Positions 58,480 to 64,000 of a DNA stretch of 64,000 nucleotides are shown here, one piece after another. Position 1 is the first letter of the stretch. Each line of letters opens with the position of its first letter. The translations under genes were made by a program, and so were the position numbers. Source of the DNA: an uncultured Chloroflexia bacterium (GTDB lineage Bacteria; Chloroflexota; Limnocylindria; Limnocylindrales; CSP1-4); contig OY970218.1 in NCBI GenBank assembly GCA_963713975.1, forward strand, positions 3,200,001-3,264,000. The letters run 5' to 3'. The notes beneath the pieces were generated by a model. The model saw nothing but the letters and a program-made list of their open reading frames with translations. It did no database searches and was not told where the DNA came from.

Positions 58480-58624
58480 GGCACACCTCCGTGGGCCACT
58501 GCGGCCCGGGTCCGGGGCAGGCCCCCGATCGCCGCAGGTTGCGCGCCATGGTGCCCCTGCGAAAGGGCCCAAGGTCACATGCCGGGCGCGTCTCCCGGCC
58601 GTCCGTCCGGGAGCCGGACAGGCC

Positions 58625-59818
58625 CTAGTAGCGGACGCGCTCCACGAACCGCCCGATCCGATCGATCGCCTCCTGGAGCTGCTCGTAGGAGGTGGCGTAG
58701 CACATGCGCACGTGCCCTTCACCGGACGGCCCGAAGGCGTTGCCGGGCACCACCGCGACCCGCTCCTCGCGCAGCAGGCGCTCGGTGAACTCGTCCGACG
58801 TCAGGCCGGTGGACGAGATGTCCGGGAAGGCGTAGAACGCGCCCCGGGGCTCGAACGTCGGCAGGCCCAGCCGGTTGAGCCCGTCCACCAGCAGGCGCCG
58901 GCGGCGGTCGTACTCGGCCACCATGGCCTCCACCGCGGTCTCACCACCCTGCAGCGCGGCAAGAGCAGCATCCTGGGCCACCGTCGGCGCGGACATGATC
59001 CCGTACTGGTGGACCTTGACGATCCCCTCGAGGATCGGGGCCGGTGCGCACATGTAGCCCACCCGCCAGCCGGTCATCGCGTACGCCTTCGAGAAGCCGC
59101 CCATCAGGATCGTCCGCTCCCACATCCCGGGCAGCGAGCTGAAGGCGCGGTGACGGTACGTGCCGTAGGCGAGGCGGTCGTAGATCTCGTCGCTGTAGAC
59201 AAGGAGGTCGTGCTCGAGCGCGATGCGGGCCAGCTCGTCCTGGACGTCGTCATCGAGGACGGCCCCCGTGGGGTTCGCCGGGTAGCCCAGGAACAGGGCC
59301 TTCGTCTTCGGCGTGATCGCGGCCTCCACGGCGGCCGGATCGAGCGCGAAGTCGTCGTCGAATCGGGTCGCGACCGGCACGACGGTGCCGCCGGCAAACA
59401 TGATCGCCGGCACGTACGCGACGTAGGAGGGCTCGTGGAGGATCACCTCGTCGCCCGGGTCGCAGGTCGCGCGCAGGGCGAGGTCCACGGCCTCGGATGC
59501 GCCGACGGTGACGAGGATCTCGGTCGCCGGGTCGTAGTGCACGCCGTAGCGGTGCGCGAGGTGCTCCGAGAGCGCGCGGCGGAGCTCGATCGTCCCGAAG
59601 TTGGAGGTGTAGTGCGTCCGCCCCTCGCGCAGGCTCTCGACGCCGGCCTCCACGATCTCGCGCGGCGTGTCGAAGTCGGGCTCCCCCACCCCGAGGCTGA
59701 TCACGTCGTCCATGGTCGCCAGGATGTCGAAGAAGCGGCGGATCCCCGACGGGGGGACCGCGAGCACGCGCTGGGCGAGCGCACGTTCGGACAGGGGCGG
59801 GCGGGCAGGGTCGGTCAT
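58625..59818 (-). CDS. Class I/II PLP aminotransferase (aspartate aminotransferase-like)
   Basis: SLGVGEPDF, YPANPTG, SDEIY, GFSKAYAMTGWRVG. Confidence 0.93.
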   Translation of the reverse strand: MTDPARPPLSERALAQRVLAVPPSGIRRFFDILATMDDVISLGVGEPDFDTPREIVEAGVESLREGRTHYTSNFGTIELRRALSEHLAHRYGVHYDPATEILVTVGASEAVDLALRATCDPGDEVILHEPSYVAYVPAIMFAGGTVVPVATRFDDDFALDPAAVEAAITPKTKALFLGYPANPTGAVLDDDVQDELARIALEHDLLVYSDEIYDRLAYGTYRHRAFSSLPGMWERTILMGGFSKAYAMTGWRVGYMCAPAPILEGIVKVHQYGIMSAPTVAQDAALAALQGGETAVEAMVAEYDRRRRLLVDGLNRLGLPTFEPRGAFYAFPDISSTGLTSDEFTERLLREERVAVVPGNAFGPSGEGHVRMCYATSYEQLQEAIDRIGRFVERVRY

Positions 59819-59826
59819 GGCGGGCC

Positions 59827-61413
59827 TCAGCGGGTGCCGGCGAGCGCGGCGGCTCGTTCGGCGGGGGTTGGCACGGACGGGTTGATCAGGGCGGCGAGAT
59901 CGCGGGGCTGGGCTGTACGCCAGTCGGCACCGGCCGTCACGCCCTCGTAGGCCCGAGCGGCACGCAGGAGCGCCGCCTCGGACCACGGCGCGCCGATCAA
60001 CTGCAGGCCGACCGGCAGCCCGTCCGACAGCCCGCACGGGACCGAGATCCCGGGCAGGCCCGCGAGGTTCACGGGCAGCGTGCAGGCATCGGCCAGGTAC
60101 ATCTGCACCGGGTCCGCCAGCCGGGCGCCGAGGGGCCAGGCGACGCTGGGTGACGTGGGCGCCACGAGGGCATCGAAGCCCGCCCCCCAGAGCCGGTCGA
60201 AGTCCCGCTTGATCAGCGTCCGGACCTTCTGCGCCTTGAGGTAGAACGCGTCGTAGTACCCGGCCGACAGGGCGTACGTGCCGAGCATGATCCGGCGCTT
60301 GGCCTCGGCCCCGAAGCCCTCGCCGCGTGTCGCGAGGTAGTCCTCGATGTAGTCGTTGCCACCGCGGACGCTGTGGCCATACCGGACGCCGTCGTAGCGG
60401 GCGAGGTTGGACGACGCCTCCGCCGGGGCGACGATGTAGTACGCGGCCAAGGCGTAGTCCGTGTGCGGGAGGCTGACCTCCTCGACCGTCGCACCGGCGG
60501 CTTCGAGGGACTCGACGGCCCCGCGGACGCGGGCCTCGACGCCCGGCTCCATGCCGGCCACGAAGTACTCCAGCGGCAGGCCGAAGCGCTTGCCCCGCAA
60601 CCACGAGGCGGCCTCGTCATCGGACGCCGGCAGGCGCAGCAGGTCGTCGGGAACCGCCACCGGGGCGGACGTGGAATCGCGTTCATCCCGGCCCGCGATC
60701 GCGTGGAGCAGCGCCGCGGCGTCGCGGACGTCCCGCCCGAACGGCCCGACCTGGTCCAGCGAGCTCGCGAAGGCGACGATCCCGTACCGGCTCACCCGTC
60801 CGTAGGTGGGCTTCATGCCCACGATCCCGCACATCGCCGCCGGCTGCCGGATCGATCCGCCAGTGTCGGTGCCGATGGCGAGCGGTGCCTGGCCGGCGGC
60901 CACGGCCGCCGCGGAACCGCCGGAGGAGCCACCGGGAACCCGGGTGAGGTCCCAGGGGTTGGACGTGGGCCCGAAGGCGGAGTGCTCGGTGGACGAGCCC
61001 ATGGCGAACTCGTCCATGTTGGTCTTGCCCAGGATCACCGCCCCGGCATGGCGCAGCCGTTCCGTCACATGGGCATCGAACGGCGCCCGGTAGCCTGCCA
61101 GGATCCGGGAGCCTGCCGTGGCCTGGCCGCCCTCGAGCGACACGAGGTCCTTGAGCCCGAGCGGTATCCCCAGCAGCGGATGGAGCACCGCGACGGCATC
61201 CGTGCCTCCGTCCCGGGCGGCGGCCACGCGGGCGTCAGCCGCCTCGGCCTCCGCGAGGGCCCGGTCGTCGTCCACGGTCAGCCACGCATGCAGACCGCGG
61301 TCCGTGAGGTGGGTTCTGACCAGGTGCGCGAGCGTGATCTCGCGCGAGGTGGTCTCGCCCGCCCGCAGCAGCTCCGCCAGCTCGTGGGCGGTGAGCGTCG
61401 TGAGGTCCGTCAC
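59827..61413 (-). CDS. gatA: Asp-tRNA(Asn)/Glu-tRNA(Gln) amidotransferase subunit A
   Basis: [51 protein letters not shown]. Confidence 0.97.
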   Translation of the reverse strand: MTDLTTLTAHELAELLRAGETTSREITLAHLVRTHLTDRGLHAWLTVDDDRALAEAEAADARVAAARDGGTDAVAVLHPLLGIPLGLKDLVSLEGGQATAGSRILAGYRAPFDAHVTERLRHAGAVILGKTNMDEFAMGSSTEHSAFGPTSNPWDLTRVPGGSSGGSAAAVAAGQAPLAIGTDTGGSIRQPAAMCGIVGMKPTYGRVSRYGIVAFASSLDQVGPFGRDVRDAAALLHAIAGRDERDSTSAPVAVPDDLLRLPASDDEAASWLRGKRFGLPLEYFVAGMEPGVEARVRGAVESLEAAGATVEEVSLPHTDYALAAYYIVAPAEASSNLARYDGVRYGHSVRGGNDYIEDYLATRGEGFGAEAKRRIMLGTYALSAGYYDAFYLKAQKVRTLIKRDFDRLWGAGFDALVAPTSPSVAWPLGARLADPVQMYLADACTLPVNLAGLPGISVPCGLSDGLPVGLQLIGAPWSEAALLRAARAYEGVTAGADWRTAQPRDLAALINPSVPTPAERAAALAGTR

Positions 61414-61419
61414 GACGGC

Positions 61420-61716
61420 TCAGTCCCCGCCCAGGATGGCCGGAACCACGAAGGCGTCGCCCTCGCGTCCGGGGGCATTCGCCAGCACGCTCTCAAGGGG
61501 CAGGGACGGCCGGACCTCGTCGTCGCGCAGGATGTTCTCCAGCTCGATGACCTGCGCCGTGGGCGGGATCGCATCCGTGTCCAGCTCCGCGAGCTTCGCG
61601 AACTGGTCCAGGATGTGGTTGAGCTCCCCCTCCAGCCGGGCAAGCTCCTCGGGTATCAGGCCCAGCCGGGCGAGGTGGGCGACGTGCTCGACGTCGGCGC
61701 GGGTCAGCGAGGCCAT
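61420..61716 (-). CDS. gatC: Asp-tRNA(Asn)/Glu-tRNA(Gln) amidotransferase subunit C
   Basis: DVEHVAHLARL...LRDDEV...LANAP...FVVPAIL. Confidence 0.95.
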   Translation of the reverse strand: MASLTRADVEHVAHLARLGLIPEELARLEGELNHILDQFAKLAELDTDAIPPTAQVIELENILRDDEVRPSLPLESVLANAPGREGDAFVVPAILGGD

Positions 61717-61774
61717 GCGGGGATGATACGCGGCCCGGATCGGCGATCCGGACCGCGTCGTTCACGTGGGCCGA

Positions 61775-62731
61775 CTAGAGGTGGTCGTGCTCCGGCAGCG
61801 GGAGGTTGGGGTGGGCAGGGCCCTCGTCGGCATGGATGTGCACACCCGGCTCCGGCACGTGGACGGCGCCGCCCTCGTGCGCGTGGGCCGCCCCCAGGGT
61901 GCGGGCGAGGAACTCCCGCGTCCGATCGTCCTGCGGGTGGTCGATCACCTGCTCGGGCGGACCCACCTCGAGGAAGACGCCCTCCTCGATGAAGTACACC
62001 CTGTCGGCGGCCTCGCGGGCGAACGCCATCTCGTGGGTGACCACGATCATCGTCGCGCCCTCGTGGGCCAGGTCCTCCATGACGCTGAGCACCTCCCCGA
62101 CCAGGGTCGGGTCCAGGGCGGAGGTCGGCTCGTCGAACAGCAGCACCTTGGGCTCCATCGTCAGCGCCCGGGCGATCGCCACGCGCTGCTTCTGGCCGCC
62201 GGACAGGCGTGCCGGATACTCGTCGCGCTTCTCGGACAGACCCACCTTGTCGAGGTACTTCTCCGCGGTCGCGATGGCCTCGTCCTTGGACACGCCCTTC
62301 ACCCGGACGGGCGCCTCGATGAGGTTGTCGATGACCTTCAGGTGTGGGAAAAGGTTGAACTCCTGGAACACCATCTGCGCTCGCAGGCGGATCTGGCGGA
62401 TGTGCTCGCGGTGCTCCCGGTTCCGGGAATCCAGCGGTGCCGCCTCCAGCCGTAGCCCGTCCACCTCGATGGCGCCCATGGTGGGCTCCTCGAGGAAGTT
62501 GATGCAGCGCAGGAGCGTGCTCTTGCCGGACCCGGACCTGCCGATCAGGCAGACCGTTTCCCGCGGATAGACCTCCATGGTGGCGCCGCGCAGGACGTGG
62601 TTGCTCCCGAAGTACTTGTGCACCCCAAGGGCCCGCACGATGGGCTCGGCGCCTGCCGGGGTCAGGACTCCGGGCGTGGCGTACTCGTCGCGGACCTGCT
62701 CGAAGGGATCGGGTTGGGTGGTCTGGCTCAT
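61775..62731 (-). CDS. Polar amino-acid ABC transporter ATP-binding protein with His-rich tail
   Basis: [45 protein letters not shown]. Confidence 0.93.
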   Translation of the reverse strand: MSQTTQPDPFEQVRDEYATPGVLTPAGAEPIVRALGVHKYFGSNHVLRGATMEVYPRETVCLIGRSGSGKSTLLRCINFLEEPTMGAIEVDGLRLEAAPLDSRNREHREHIRQIRLRAQMVFQEFNLFPHLKVIDNLIEAPVRVKGVSKDEAIATAEKYLDKVGLSEKRDEYPARLSGGQKQRVAIARALTMEPKVLLFDEPTSALDPTLVGEVLSVMEDLAHEGATMIVVTHEMAFAREAADRVYFIEEGVFLEVGPPEQVIDHPQDDRTREFLARTLGAAHAHEGGAVHVPEPGVHIHADEGPAHPNLPLPEHDHL

Positions 62732-62741
62732 GGTCGTCACC

Positions 62742-63596
62742 TCAGATCCTCCGATCGCTTTCGGCCATCCGCTTCTCGAGGCGGTCCTGGACAAGCGAGA
62801 GGACGATCGTCAGGCCCCAGTAGATGCCGGCGGCCACCATCAGGGTCTCCAGCCCCTTGAAGTTGGACTGCCCGACACGCTGCGCGCGCCACAGCAACTC
62901 GGCAACACCGATCACGGACACCAGCGAGGAGTCCTTGATCATCGAGATGAACTCGTTGCCGATGGCCGGGGTGATGATCCGGACCGCCTGGGGAAGGATG
63001 ATCCGGCGCATGCGGGTTCGGCCCGGCATCCCGAGTGCCTGCGCCGCCTCCGTCTGGCCCCGCGGCACGGCCTGGATGCCGGCCCGGAACGTCTCCGTCA
63101 TGTAGGCGCCGTAGTTGAAGGACAGCGCGAAGATGCCGATGACCTCCTTGGGCACGTCGTTGATGAACGGCAGCACCGTCGGCAGCGCGAGGTAGACGAA
63201 CAGGATCTGCACGAGGAGCGGCGTGCCGCGGACCATCGACACGTACAGCGTCGAGAGCGAATACAGGATGGCGTTGGAGCTCAGGCGCCCGAGCGCACCG
63301 ACCACCGCGAACATGATCGCGATCACGATCGAGACGACCGCGATGTAGATCGTGGTGGTGACGCCACCGACGATGTACGGCGCCCACTCCGCCATGAAGC
63401 CGAAGTCGATCTTCCCGGCGGCCACGAGCGCCAGGAGTGCCCCGCCGATCACGATCACCCAGGTGGCGATGAATGTGAGGCGGAACCGGCGCTGCTGTTG
63501 CTTTCGCTGTGCGGCGATCGCCGCGACGATCGGGTTGGTTTCTGCAGCGGGAACGCTGCCTCCGGGCACGCCCATCGTGCCGCTCGATGCCGTCAC
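62742..63596 (-). CDS. Polar amino-acid ABC transporter permease
   Basis: RGTPLLVQI, GAYMTETFRAGI, GQTEAAQALG, IKDSSL. Confidence 0.93.
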   Translation of the reverse strand: MTASSGTMGVPGGSVPAAETNPIVAAIAAQRKQQQRRFRLTFIATWVIVIGGALLALVAAGKIDFGFMAEWAPYIVGGVTTTIYIAVVSIVIAIMFAVVGALGRLSSNAILYSLSTLYVSMVRGTPLLVQILFVYLALPTVLPFINDVPKEVIGIFALSFNYGAYMTETFRAGIQAVPRGQTEAAQALGMPGRTRMRRIILPQAVRIITPAIGNEFISMIKDSSLVSVIGVAELLWRAQRVGQSNFKGLETLMVAAGIYWGLTIVLSLVQDRLEKRMAESDRRI

Positions 63597-63672
63597 TGCG
63601 TCCTCCCGTCCCTAACGACAACGGGGGCGCCCAATCTGGACGCCCCCGTCACGGGTTGCTGCCTGCGACCGA

Positions 63673-64000
63673 TCAGCCTGACGGATCAACCGTCAGGTCG
63701 TAGCCGAACCACTTCTCGGAGAAGGCCTTGAGCGTGCCGTCGGCCTGCATCTCGGCCAGGATGGAGTTGACGCGCTCGACCATGTCCGTCGCGTCGGGGC
63801 CGCTCTTGTCGAAGGCGACGCCGAGCGGCTCGGAGTAGACCGGATCGCCGACGGCCACGAGCGGGAGGCCGTCCTTGATCGCCGCGTCGACGGTCGTCGA
63901 GGAGCTGAGCCAGCCCTCGAAGTCCTTGCGGCCGGCCTTCCACGTCTCCGCGCACAGGCGGTCCGTGCTGAGGGTGGTGGCCGTCGAGCCATCGGGGGGC
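63673..64000 (-). CDS. Polar amino-acid ABC substrate-binding protein (3' part only)
   Basis: VGDPVYSEPLGVAFDK...EMQADGTLKAFSEKWFGYD, a typical SBP_bac_3 C-terminus; hairpin at about 63621-63650 follows. Confidence 0.85.
   Translation of the reverse strand, partial: PPDGSTATTLSTDRLCAETWKAGRKDFEGWLSSSTTVDAAIKDGLPLVAVGDPVYSEPLGVAFDKSGPDATDMVERVNSILAEMQADGTLKAFSEKWFGYDLTVDPSG

Overview
Very GC-rich bacterial chromosomal segment. Gene content and GAAC-N4-GTTC LexA boxes fit a monoderm such as Chloroflexota (possibly Limnocylindria); this taxonomy is inferred, not tested. The window is mostly core genome: DNA repair and replication (UvrD-like helicase, uvrA, uvrB, mutM, polA, dnaE), coaE, an ABC-F ATPase, gatC-gatA...gatB, tRNA-Leu(CAA), an OmpR-family two-component system with a GerMN lipoprotein, an orphan tadE-tadE-tadG-cpaB block, a large nucleoside-scavenging cluster (two paralogous BMP/Nup ABC transporters, two nucleoside hydrolases, cdd, a DeoD-like phosphorylase, plus a secreted 5'-nucleotidase at the left edge) and a polar amino-acid ABC transporter at the right edge. 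No transposase, integrase, prophage or CRISPR array was seen. The most unusual signals are: (1) a ~160-bp intergenic element present twice (8150-8307, 28538-28697), made of four GTGCG-N5-CGCAC palindromic boxes at conserved 41/61-63/41-bp spacing with diverged spacers; (2) an ECF sigma factor followed by two tandem anti-sigma genes that share an identical 488-bp 5' part but have different extracytoplasmic parts, with a GGAAC-N17-CGTC promoter motif upstream of the sigma gene, the second anti-sigma and a nearby lipoprotein; (3) a HicB-like/DinB/GNAT fusion in the LexA-boxed uvrB unit; (4) an unknown enzyme-like gene coupled to a PfkB kinase. All calls are by eye; no searches were run.
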